In this document: one piece after another, positions 1 to 11,064 of the stretch
Layout: every line of letters starts with the position of its first letter
How positions within the stretch are numbered: position 1 is the stretch's first letter
Source: Mucisphaera calidilacus
Lineage (GTDB): Bacteria; Planctomycetota; Phycisphaerae; Phycisphaerales; Phycisphaeraceae
DNA length: 32,000 nucleotides
Direction of reading: 5' to 3'
Assembly (NCBI RefSeq): GCF_007748075.1
Contig: NZ_CP036280.1
Location: 2,640,001 to 2,672,000, forward strand
Position numbers and translations under genes: made by a program
The notes under the pieces: model-generated
Told to the model about the DNA's origin: nothing
Seen by the model: only the letters and a program-made list of their open reading frames with translations
The model's database searches: none

Positions 1-535
1 CGATCGACTCGAGCACCCGCTCGAACGTCGAGGCCAGGGTCAGGATGTCCGCTTCCTCGAGGTCGATCTCGACCGGCTCCGCCTCGGCATCGTCCTTCTT
101 CACGCGTGCCTTGCGTACCGTCACGCCGAAACGCTTCGACCACGCCTCGGCCCGCTCGGCCAGTTCGCCCGCTGCGTCGCGGTACCGCTTGTAGGCCAGC
201 AACTGACGGATCAGGTCGCCACGCGGGTCGTCGTTGTCCGCCTCGACCGAACTCTCCGCCTCGCCCTCCTCGTCCGGGAGGGCCGGCACGATCGTCCGGC
301 TCTTCATCTCGATCAGCGTCGCCGCCACCACCAGAAACTCGCCCGCCCGCTCGACGTCCACGCGGTCGAGGCCCTCGAGCTGCTCGAGGTACTGCTCGGC
401 CAGCCGGGACATCGAGATGTCGTGCAGGTCCACTTCCTGACGCTTGACCAGGTGCAGCAGCAGGTCCAGCGGTCCGTGGAAGGCGTCGAGGTCCACGCGG
501 TAGCCGGCGTTGATGTCGGGTGTCGATCGATTCAT
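1..535 (-). CDS. scpA: Segregation and condensation protein A (kleisin ScpA), N-terminal part; the 3' end runs off the window
   Basis: My own reverse-strand translation from the ATG (complement of 533-535) gives MNRSTPDINAGYRVDLDAFHGPLDLLLHLVKRQEVDLHDISMSRLAEQYLEQLEGLDRVDVERAGEFLVVAATLIEMKSRTIVP. This carries the classic ScpA N-terminal F-x-GPLDLLLHL motif. It is absent from the ORF track because it has no stop inside the window. The + strand ORFs 106-447 and 234-440 are P/R/S-rich shadows. Confidence 0.88.
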   Translation of the reverse strand, partial: MNRSTPDINAGYRVDLDAFHGPLDLLLHLVKRQEVDLHDISMSRLAEQYLEQLEGLDRVDVERAGEFLVVAATLIEMKSRTIVPALPDEEGEAESSVEADNDDPRGDLIRQLLAYKRYRDAAGELAERAEAWSKRFGVTVRKARVKKDDAEAEPVEIDLEEADILTLASTFERVLESI

Positions 536-578
536 CCGCTCAGTCTGCCATCATTCCGCCCCACACTCCAGCACGGCC

Positions 579-1646
579 ATGCGCAGCGATACCATAGCCG
601 GCATGCCCAACACGCCCGCACCCGACCCCGCGACCCTCGCCCGCCAGATCCTCGACGCTGAGGCCGCAGCGATTGCCGCCATCCCGCTCGACGACGCCGT
701 TTTCGCCCGCGCGGTCGAGCTCATCGCCGGGCGGTGCCACACCGGCACATCCTCGCCGGGCGGGTCCCTGGTCGTCTCGGGGCTGGGCAAGTCGGGGCTC
801 ATCGGGCAGAAGCTCTCCGCCACCTTCGCCTCCACCGGCACGCCCTCGCACTTCCTGCATCCCGCCGAGGCGATGCACGGCGACCTCGGGCGTGTCCGAG
901 CCTCCGATGTCGTGCTCCTGCTCTCCTACTCCGGCAACACCGACGAGGTCGTCGCGCTGGCCGCCATCCTCAAGCAGGACCGCGTGCCCACGATTGCGCT
1001 CGTCGGGCCGAGCGGCTCCGACCTCCAGCGGCTCTGCGACCTCACGCTCCGCGTCGGCGACGTCGAGGAAGCCTGCCCCAACCGTCTCGCGCCCACCGCC
1101 AGCACCACGGCCACCCTGGCGCTCGGCGACGCGCTCGCCCTCGCCGTCAGCGAGCGACGAGCCTTCTCGCCCGAGGACTTCCACCGCGTTCACCCCGGCG
1201 GCGGGCTCGGTCGACAGCTCATGCCCATCACCGAGGCGCTTCGCTTCACCTGCGGCGCCGAGGGGAATCTGCCCGCGTTCCACCAGACCACGACCCTCGG
1301 CGAAGCGTTCCGCGTTGCCGCTGAGACCGCCACCCGGGCCGGCGTCCGCCGGGCCGGCGCCCTGATCGCCGTCGATGACGAGGGCCGGCTCTCGGGCATC
1401 TTCACCGATGGCGACCTCCGCAGGCTCCTCTCCGAGAAGCCGGGCAGCGACCTGCTCGCCATCCCCCTGCACGAGGTCATGACCCGGGCACCCTCGACAC
1501 TCAACCAGCAGAACAATGTGCGTGACGCGGTCCGCATCATGCGTGAGAAGCGCATCGACGAAATCCCCGTCATCGACGAGGCACGCAAGCCCCTGGGCAT
1601 GATCGACGTGCAGGACCTGGTCGCCCTCAAAGTCATCGAGAACTGA
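579..1646 (+). CDS. kdsD: Arabinose-5-phosphate isomerase (KdsD/KpsF family; SIS domain plus CBS pair)
   Basis: SIS motif GLGKSGLIGQKLSATFASTGTPSHFLHPAEAMHGDLG, with a C-terminal tandem CBS region (..VMTRAPSTL.., ..IPVIDEARKPLGMIDVQDL). The track start at 510 (TTG, with ATG at 513) would overlap the divergent scpA start. The in-frame ATGs at 579 and 603 fit the usual N-terminal length better, so the exact start is uncertain. Confidence 0.85.
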   Translation: MRSDTIAGMPNTPAPDPATLARQILDAEAAAIAAIPLDDAVFARAVELIAGRCHTGTSSPGGSLVVSGLGKSGLIGQKLSATFASTGTPSHFLHPAEAMHGDLGRVRASDVVLLLSYSGNTDEVVALAAILKQDRVPTIALVGPSGSDLQRLCDLTLRVGDVEEACPNRLAPTASTTATLALGDALALAVSERRAFSPEDFHRVHPGGGLGRQLMPITEALRFTCGAEGNLPAFHQTTTLGEAFRVAAETATRAGVRRAGALIAVDDEGRLSGIFTDGDLRRLLSEKPGSDLLAIPLHEVMTRAPSTLNQQNNVRDAVRIMREKRIDEIPVIDEARKPLGMIDVQDLVALKVIEN

Positions 1647-1652
1647 TCGAGG

Positions 1653-1982
1653 TCAGTCCTCTTCCAGCGCCTCGCCCAGCTCCAGCATCAGGCCGCGCAG
1701 CTCCTCGACGGCCTTCTCGTCACCCGACAACTGGGCACGCCGATAGCCCTCGCGCGCCGCATCGACGGCTTCGGTTTCCTCGCCCAGCGAGCTCAGTGCC
1801 CTGGCTTTCTGGAAGTAGGCGTAGAGGTAGTTCCCGTCCAGCGCCAGCGTCCGGTCCAGCCAGATCACCACCTCGGCGGGGTCGTCCGCCTTCTCGTACT
1901 CCATGGCGATCCCGTAGGTCAGAAAGGGATCGGAGGGGTCCATCGCCTGCAGCTTCTTGAGTTGTTCCAGTCGCTCGCTCAT
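1653..1982 (-). CDS. Small TPR-like repeat protein (109 aa), function unknown
   Basis: The protein is helical and repeat-like, with TPR-type signatures (..YGIAMEYEKADDPAEVVIWLDRTLALDGNYLYAYFQKARALSSLGE..). GC3 is high in this frame. It lies convergent with kdsD, with 6 nt between the stops. Confidence 0.6.
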   Translation of the reverse strand: MSERLEQLKKLQAMDPSDPFLTYGIAMEYEKADDPAEVVIWLDRTLALDGNYLYAYFQKARALSSLGEETEAVDAAREGYRRAQLSGDEKAVEELRGLMLELGEALEED

Positions 1983-2071
1983 GCCATCAGACTACCGCCG
2001 CCAACCCCGCGCGTCTCACAAAAGCTACCCCGAATTGATGGATACGCCGTTCACGCACCGATAACTCGTTT

Positions 2072-2578
2072 ATGCGCATCGGCGTCATCAGCGACACCCA
2101 CGACCGGATCCCGACCTTTCAGCGGGCCATGAGCATGTTCCGCCAGCTCAAGGTCGATGCCATCCTCCACGCCGGCGACTTCGTCGCGCCCTTCGCCGCC
2201 CGGCTCCTGCTCCCCGAGTACAGCCGGATGCCCGACACCCCCGTGCACTGCGTGCTGGGCAACAACGACGGCGAACGCGCGGGACTCCAGAAGATGCTGC
2301 CTCAGCTGGTCAACGGCCCGCTGACGCTGACGCTCGCCGGCAAGACCGTCGTCATGCACCACTTCATCGACTGGCTCAAGCCCGCGGACATCGCCAAGGC
2401 CGACGTCGTGATCACCGGCCACACCCACGAGATCGTCAACGAGACCGTCGACCACAACGACAAACCCCAGCTCAGGCTCAACCCCGGCGAGTGCTGCGGC
2501 TGGCTTACCGACCGGTGCACCGTCGCCCTGCTCGACCTCGATAAGCAAGAGGCCGAGATCGTCGAAGTTCACCCCTGA
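2072..2578 (+). CDS. Metallophosphoesterase, YfcE/MJ0936-type phosphodiesterase
   Basis: The ordered calcineurin-like motifs are present: ISDTHD, GDFV, GNNDGE, and GHTH near the C-terminal third. The size (168 aa) is typical of the family. Confidence 0.8.
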   Translation: MRIGVISDTHDRIPTFQRAMSMFRQLKVDAILHAGDFVAPFAARLLLPEYSRMPDTPVHCVLGNNDGERAGLQKMLPQLVNGPLTLTLAGKTVVMHHFIDWLKPADIAKADVVITGHTHEIVNETVDHNDKPQLRLNPGECCGWLTDRCTVALLDLDKQEAEIVEVHP

Positions 2579-2692
2579 CCACCCTGCCCAGAGCCTACAA
2601 CCCCACCCCCCGATAAACACCGATTCCGGGCTCACACCACCAAATCTGACTCCGGATCTGGCCGATCTTATCTCAGTCGATCAGCACAAGGA

Positions 2693-3892
2693 ATGCAGCG
2701 GGTGACCTACGCCACAGACGAAGAACGCTTCCTCGACACCCTGCGGCTGCCCGCAGGCTCCGTCGAGAAGATCCTCGCCAAGCTCAAGCAGCGCGAGCGT
2801 ATGCACGCCGGCAGCGAGCAGCGCAGGCACACCCGGCAGCCGCTCAAGGACTGCGGCAACGTCCTGATGAAACTCACGCACCCCGGCGGGTCCACCGCTC
2901 AGTGCGTTGTCCTGCCCCGAGACTTCAGTGCCGGCGGTATCAGCCTGCTCCACGGCAGCTTCGTCCACACCGGCACACGCGTCCACATCGGGCTGTTCAA
3001 CACCCAGGGCGAGCGACACTGGATCGTCGGCAACGTCGTCCGGTGCAGCTATTTCGAGGCCCGTGTCCACGAGCTCGGCATCAAGTTCGACCTGCCCGTC
3101 CCGGTCCACGAATTCCTCCGAGCCGGCGCTGACGGCGAATCGGTCCGACGCGAGCTGCTCGGCAAGGTCCTCTACGTTGAGCCGTCGGTCGACTTCCGCG
3201 AGCTGCTCCGATTCCAGTGCCAACGCATGGGCGTGAGCATGACCACCACCGACACCGGCGAAGAAGCGATCACCATGGCCCAGGAGATCGACTTCGACGC
3301 CATCCTCACCGAACTCGACCTCCCCGACACCCCGGGCGAACTCGTGATCAAGAAGCTGTCGCGCCTCAGGCCCAAGCCCGCTATTGTCGCCATGACCTCC
3401 GAGGACTCCAAGCTCGGCGACATCCTCCCCTCCGGCTGCGACGCGCTCGTCTCCAAGCCGATCAACGAGGGCGACCTCTACCAGCTCATGGCCACCTTCC
3501 TGCCCTCGGTCGAACGCCTGAACGAGACCGACGCACTCTGCTCCACCTTCTGGTCCGACGCGCAGCTGCGCCCCGTCATCGCGGCCTTCGTCGAACGCCT
3601 GCCCGAAAGCCTTGGCGTGATCCGCTCGATGCTCGGACACGACGAAGAGACCGATGAACTCATCGCCGAGGTCCAGCGGCTCCGCAACGCCGCGGGCGGC
3701 TACGGCTACCCCGACCTCAACGAGGCGCTCAACCGGCTGATCCGGCTGATCCAGACCGAGGGCGGCACCTCCGATCAGGAACTCCGATCGACCTGGCTGG
3801 AGATCGAGCAGCGTGTCAAGCTCGCCAGCGACTTCATGCAGGCCCAGACCGAACGAAGCATCGAGGACGACATCCAGGGGGTGGCGGCATGA
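2693..3892 (+). CDS. PilZ domain / receiver-like domain / Hpt-like domain signalling protein
   Basis: The N-terminal PilZ motifs are intact (RRHTR = RxxxR, and DFSAGG = DxSxxG). The middle is a CheY-like fold (KVLYVEPS..AILTELDLPD..AMTSE..VSKP). The C-terminus is a four-helix Hpt-like segment (..EVQRLRNAAGGYGYPDLNEAL..). Its TGA overlaps the ATG of the next gene (ATGA at 3889-3892). Confidence 0.7.
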   Translation: MQRVTYATDEERFLDTLRLPAGSVEKILAKLKQRERMHAGSEQRRHTRQPLKDCGNVLMKLTHPGGSTAQCVVLPRDFSAGGISLLHGSFVHTGTRVHIGLFNTQGERHWIVGNVVRCSYFEARVHELGIKFDLPVPVHEFLRAGADGESVRRELLGKVLYVEPSVDFRELLRFQCQRMGVSMTTTDTGEEAITMAQEIDFDAILTELDLPDTPGELVIKKLSRLRPKPAIVAMTSEDSKLGDILPSGCDALVSKPINEGDLYQLMATFLPSVERLNETDALCSTFWSDAQLRPVIAAFVERLPESLGVIRSMLGHDEETDELIAEVQRLRNAAGGYGYPDLNEALNRLIRLIQTEGGTSDQELRSTWLEIEQRVKLASDFMQAQTERSIEDDIQGVAA

Positions 3893-5148
3893 GTGAGACC
3901 GCGCCTAACGACCAGTTCGCCAGAGACCTGGCCAGCCTCAGCGGCAGGCACCCGATCCTCGACCGCAAGGACCAGCTCGTCGCCTACGAGCTCGACGTCA
4001 ACACCGGTCCCGGGGGCGGACGCCAACGTTTCGAGATCGCGCGACGGCTCCTCGACCACGCCTCGTTCGCCACCGCCAAGACCATCTTCTTCCGCGTCGA
4101 CCCGTCTGACCTCGCCGCCGGGCACCACCACCTGCTGCCCGCCTCACGCGTCGTGCTCTGCGTCCCTGCCTCGGGCCGCGCGCTCGACAAGTTCATCGAT
4201 GCCTATGCGCACCTCGCCGCCAAGGGCTACACCCTCGCGCTCGACGGCATCGGCTCCGGTGCCGGCAGCACCGAGAACACCTCCAACACCCTCAGCTACG
4301 CCAGTTTCGTCCGGCTCGATCTCAACGCCATTTCCGACGAAGAACGCCTCAACGCTCTCGTCGCCTCCCTGCAGAAGCGCAAGATCCGCATCATCGGCAC
4401 GGGTGTCGAGGACCCCGTACGCAGGGAGATCGCACAACGCAACGCCATCGACCTCTTCAAGGGCTTCTACTTCCTCAAGCCGCGCATCGTCCCGAGACGA
4501 CAGGCCTCGCCGCTGACCTTCAGCTACATGGAACTCATCGCGCGGCTCAACGCGAAGAACATCAACTTCAGCGAGCTCGAAGAGACCATCAAGTCCGACA
4601 TCAGCCTCTCCACCCAGCTGCTGAAGTATCTCAACACGCCCGCGCTGGGCCTCCGAGAAAAGGTCACCTCGCTCCACCAGGCGCTCGTGCTCCTTGGCGA
4701 GAACGAGATCCGCAAGTGGGCTTCCTCGCTGATCATCGGCAACCTCGCCAACGCCTGCCCCGACCACCTCAACACCCTCTCGCTCGTCCGCGCCCGCTTC
4801 TGCGAGTCCCTCGCCGAGCACCGCGGGCGCACCGACGAACTCCTTGATCACTACCTCGTCGGCCTGCTCTCGCTCCTCGACGTGATCACCCATCAGCCGC
4901 TCGACGAGCTCACACTGACGCAGGGCATCAAGCCCGCCGTCCGGCTCGCCCTGCTCGGCAGCCGATCCGACCTCGGGCAGGCCATCGCGCTGACACGGGC
5001 CTGCGAGCGTGGCGACGCCGTCGCCGCCTCCGCCTTCGCCGGCCGTCTCGGGATCGATCACGCCCACGCGCTCGCGCTCTACAACCAGGCCCTCGTCTGG
5101 GGCGAGCAGCTTCACCACGGCACGCGCAACGCCACCAAAGCCGCCTGA
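3889..5148 (+). CDS. EAL-like (apparently degenerate) plus HDOD domain protein (COG3434/YuxH-like architecture)
   Basis: The N-terminal half has the EAL-fold order (HPILDRKDQLVAYELDV.., LALDGIGSGAG, FVRLDL, IIGTGVEDP, FKGFYFLKP). The C-terminal half is HDOD-like (LSTQLLKYLNTPALGLREKVTSLHQALVLLGENEIRKWASSLII). It has a 4-nt overlap with the upstream gene. Confidence 0.7.
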   Translation: MSETAPNDQFARDLASLSGRHPILDRKDQLVAYELDVNTGPGGGRQRFEIARRLLDHASFATAKTIFFRVDPSDLAAGHHHLLPASRVVLCVPASGRALDKFIDAYAHLAAKGYTLALDGIGSGAGSTENTSNTLSYASFVRLDLNAISDEERLNALVASLQKRKIRIIGTGVEDPVRREIAQRNAIDLFKGFYFLKPRIVPRRQASPLTFSYMELIARLNAKNINFSELEETIKSDISLSTQLLKYLNTPALGLREKVTSLHQALVLLGENEIRKWASSLIIGNLANACPDHLNTLSLVRARFCESLAEHRGRTDELLDHYLVGLLSLLDVITHQPLDELTLTQGIKPAVRLALLGSRSDLGQAIALTRACERGDAVAASAFAGRLGIDHAHALALYNQALVWGEQLHHGTRNATKAA

Positions 5149-5262
5149 TTCACGATCCACGTCCGTTGGCAGCCCCCCTGCAAACCGCTACAGTAGGCCA
5201 GATTTTGCGCGATCCCCGCGCATACGCCCCCGCCACCCGCACCCAAGAGAGACCGCCCGCCC

Positions 5263-8700
<3,438 letters not shown>

Positions 8701-8740
8701 CGCGCGCATCTGCACCGCAGGTCATACATGTCGCTTTTTT

Positions 8741-8763
8741 AGTTTGATTCTAAGAATCAAACT
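8741..8763. promoter_or_regulatory. Perfect 23-bp palindrome (11-bp arms), candidate operator upstream of ahpC
   Basis: AGTTTGATTCT-A-AGAATCAAACT was checked base by base and is perfect around centre 8752. It sits in a short AT-rich island about 95 nt upstream of the ahpC ATG. Its core TGATTCT-N-AGAATCA has the 7-1-7 geometry of Fur-family boxes. Confidence 0.5.
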
Positions 8764-8858
8764 TGATCACACTCATCACCACGCCTACAGTCGGGCACTC
8801 GCGACACGGGCTGTGTCCGGGACATCCAAACACCATCCCCAACCATCTGGAGAACACC

Positions 8859-9386
8859 ATGCTGACCGTTGGCGACGCCTTCCCCGAGTTCAACTGCCAG
8901 GCCTGTACCGGCAACACCAAGGACGACCTGACCACCATCAACAACGGCACCCACGAGGGCAAGTGGAAGCTCTTCCTCTTCTACCCCAAGGACTTCACCT
9001 TCGTCTGCCCGACCGAGCTCGTTGAGTTCGGCAAACAGATCAGCGAATTCGAAGACCGCGACACCGTTGTCCTCGGCGCCTCAACCGACAACGAGTTCTG
9101 CCACCTCGCCTGGCGCAACGACCACGACGACCTCAAGACCCTCCCCTACCCCCTGCTCGCCGCCCAGAAGCTCGCCGACGACCTCGGCATCATCGACCCC
9201 AGCGAGCACGTCGCCCTCCGCGCGACCTTCATCGTTGACCCCCACGGCACGATCCAGTGGGCCTCCGCGAACAACCTCAACGTCGGCCGGTCGGTCAAGG
9301 AAGCCCTCCGCGTCCTCGACGCCATCCAGTCCGACGAGCTCTGCCCCTGCAACTGGGAAAAGGGCCAGGAAACCCTCCAGGTCTAA
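8859..9386 (+). CDS. ahpC: Peroxiredoxin, typical 2-Cys AhpC/TSA family
   Basis: The peroxidatic Cys motif DFTFVCPTE and a resolving Cys near the C-terminus (ELCPCNWEKGQETL) are present. I prefer the ATG at 8859, preceded by GGAG (8849-8852). The track start at 8763 adds 32 non-homologous residues and runs through the palindrome. Confidence 0.92.
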   Translation: MLTVGDAFPEFNCQACTGNTKDDLTTINNGTHEGKWKLFLFYPKDFTFVCPTELVEFGKQISEFEDRDTVVLGASTDNEFCHLAWRNDHDDLKTLPYPLLAAQKLADDLGIIDPSEHVALRATFIVDPHGTIQWASANNLNVGRSVKEALRVLDAIQSDELCPCNWEKGQETLQV

Positions 9387-9417
9387 GGCAATCGGTTACG
9401 CCCCTCTCCAATACCCT

Positions 9418-9453
9418 GTCGTGGTCAGGAAACTGACCGCGACGGCTTTCTCT
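9418..9453 (+). terminator. Intercistronic stem-loop with a U-rich tail (probable partial terminator/attenuator between ahpC and ahpD)
   Basis: GUCGUGGUCAG-GAAA-CUGACCGCGAC forms an 11-bp stem (one G-U pair) with a GNRA tetraloop at 9418-9443. It is followed by GGCUUUCUCU. Confidence 0.5.
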
Positions 9454-9481
9454 AACCCACTCTTACCGGAACACCGCCGTC

Positions 9482-10006
9482 ATGGAACAGATCAACGAGC
9501 TGCGCAACGACTTCCCCGAGACCGCCAAGGACCTCAAGCTGAATCTCGGGTCGATCTTCGATTCCGAAACCCTCAGCAAAGAACAGACCTGGGGCGCGGC
9601 CCTGACCGCCGCTTACTTCCTCGGCTCGCACGAGCTCATCGCGGCGATCACCGAAGACGCTCAGGCCGCCGACATCCCTCAGGCCACCATCGAGGACGCC
9701 CAGGCCGCCGCGGCCATCATGGCCATGAACACGATCTACTACCGCTTCCAGCACATGGTCGGGAGCGAGGCCTACGCCTCCAAATCGCCCCGACTGCGTA
9801 TGTCACGCATGGCCAAGCCCGCCACGACCAAGGGCGACTTCGAGCTCTTCTCCATGGCCGGCGCCGTGCTCGCCGGTTGCGAGAAGTGCATCAAGGCCCA
9901 CGAGCAGAGCATCCTCAAGGAGGGCCTGTCGGACGAGCACGTCCACGAGGTTGTCCGGATTGCGGCCACCATCAGCGGCGCCCACACCGCCATGCAGATC
10001 GCATGA
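9482..10006 (+). CDS. ahpD: Alkyl hydroperoxide reductase AhpD (carboxymuconolactone decarboxylase family)
   Basis: The AhpD-type active-site motif GCEKCIKAHE (CxxC plus His) is present. The size (174 aa) and the position directly downstream of ahpC also fit. Confidence 0.88.
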   Translation: MEQINELRNDFPETAKDLKLNLGSIFDSETLSKEQTWGAALTAAYFLGSHELIAAITEDAQAADIPQATIEDAQAAAAIMAMNTIYYRFQHMVGSEAYASKSPRLRMSRMAKPATTKGDFELFSMAGAVLAGCEKCIKAHEQSILKEGLSDEHVHEVVRIAATISGAHTAMQIA

Positions 10007-10055
10007 CGCGTCCGCCGCGGTCACACCACACCCCGGACCATGTTCTTCCTTCTCG

Positions 10056-10511
10056 CTACTCCGGCGAGCGGAAATCGCCCGGCACCGCGGGGATGTCTGC
10101 CTGATCCTCATCATCAATCTGAGACGGGTCGATGCCCAGCAGCGATAACACACCCGAATTGACCACAAACTGTCCGCCGACCAGATGCAGACCGGCTTCG
10201 ACCCGGCGGCTGTGGCGCACGACAAGTCCCTGTTCGCCGACCGGGAACCCGTGGTGGTAAAAAACCACGCGCCAGCTTGAGTTCACGTCCAGCTCGGCCG
10301 TCGTAATAAAACCCAGACCGCCACGGCTGATGTCACGCAGGTGGATCGGGATGGGGTTCGGGTCAAGGTGATTGCGGTCCATCGGCAGTAGCTGTGCGTC
10401 GCCACGCACCACGAACCGCTGAAAAGCCCGTCGGGCCGACACCTCGTTCGATCGCAGATCCTCCAGCGCATTGAGCGTATCGAGCAGGTCATGAGACTGT
10501 GCAACGATCAT
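10056..10511 (-). CDS. Stand-alone PilZ domain protein (151 aa)
   Basis: Both PilZ motifs are intact: RRAFQR (RxxxR) and DISRGG (DxSxxG). I prefer the internal ATG at 10509-10511, which has GGAGG about 8 nt upstream. The track start at 10685 adds 58 atypical residues. Confidence 0.78.
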   Translation of the reverse strand: MIVAQSHDLLDTLNALEDLRSNEVSARRAFQRFVVRGDAQLLPMDRNHLDPNPIPIHLRDISRGGLGFITTAELDVNSSWRVVFYHHGFPVGEQGLVVRHSRRVEAGLHLVGGQFVVNSGVLSLLGIDPSQIDDEDQADIPAVPGDFRSPE

Positions 10512-10576
10512 ACGAGGGCCTCCACATCCGGAGAACGCGGCAACAACGCAGAGCCGCACTCGCCTTCTGTACGGAG

Positions 10577-10604
10577 TTATCGTCCCCTCCATCTTGACCC
10601 TTGA
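10577..10604 (-). promoter_or_regulatory. Possible sigma-28 (FliA)-type promoter upstream of the small PilZ gene
   Basis: The minus strand reads TCAAGGGT-N12-GACGATAA, against the consensus TAAAGTTT-N11-GCCGATAA as I recall it. The -10 matches 7/8 and the -35 is weak. It lies about 66 nt upstream of the ATG. Confidence 0.25.
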
Positions 10605-10733
10605 TGATCCCCAGAACACCACCTCGCACGGCTGACAACCTGTAACGATCCCAACGATCAGAGAAGCCTCATGCGAACGGATCACGCACGAGATAGCCCA
10701 GCGCCCCGATAAAAAGCTGTTCGAAAGGCCGGA

Positions 10734-11003
10734 TTACTGAATCGGCGAGCCGGTCAGCGTGCTCGGGCGGTCAAGCAGGAAGACCGAGTTGAAGTCGTCG
10801 ATCAGCATCCGCAGGTCCATATCCACCGAACGAGCGACCGCGTTCCAGTTCTGCTCGGAGGTCTCGGCCGTCGAGAAGAGCGTCGGCGAGAGGTCATCAC
10901 GAAGCTGTGCTGAAGTCACGGGCGACTCGAGTGACTTGGGGCCGCCGCAACCAACCAGTGCGAAACCGGACGCCAGAACCAGAGCAACCATCAATCCACG
11001 CAT
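10734..11003 (-). CDS. Small lipoprotein (89 aa), function unknown
   Basis: The N-terminus MRGLMVALVLASGFALVGCGG has a signal peptide and an L-V-G-C lipobox. GC3 is high in this frame. Confidence 0.65.
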   Translation of the reverse strand: MRGLMVALVLASGFALVGCGGPKSLESPVTSAQLRDDLSPTLFSTAETSEQNWNAVARSVDMDLRMLIDDFNSVFLLDRPSTLTGSPIQ

Positions 11004-11064
11004 CGATATGACCTCGTTGTGGGAACTACGTTTATGAACTCACCATAGTGTAACCAGCCTGTCA

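Noticed and set aside
5242-5254. The purine-rich CCCAAGAGAGACC just upstream of carB, which superficially resembles a PyrR-binding loop (UCCAGAGAGG).
   Set aside because: The register does not match the consensus and there is no flanking anti-terminator/terminator stem. It sits about 9 nt from the ATG, where it more plausibly serves as the ribosome-binding region.
8701-8740. The T6 run (8735-8740) after the carB stop, considered as a rho-independent terminator.
   Set aside because: Only a 4-bp stem (CTGC-acc-GCAG, 8710-8720) precedes it, and that stem is 14 nt away from the T-run. The T-run is more likely part of the AT-rich ahpC promoter/operator island.
9022-10104. A 360-aa + strand ORF spanning ahpC-ahpD in another frame.
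   Set aside because: It is P/S/T/R-rich low complexity. It overlaps two strongly recognisable genes and crosses their intergenic hairpin, so it is an out-of-frame artefact.
10719-10728. GTTCGAAAGG, which resembles a tRNA T-loop, in the 222-nt spacer upstream of the PilZ gene.
   Set aside because: No acceptor, D or anticodon stems can be built around it. No tRNA-like cloverleaf was seen anywhere in the window.
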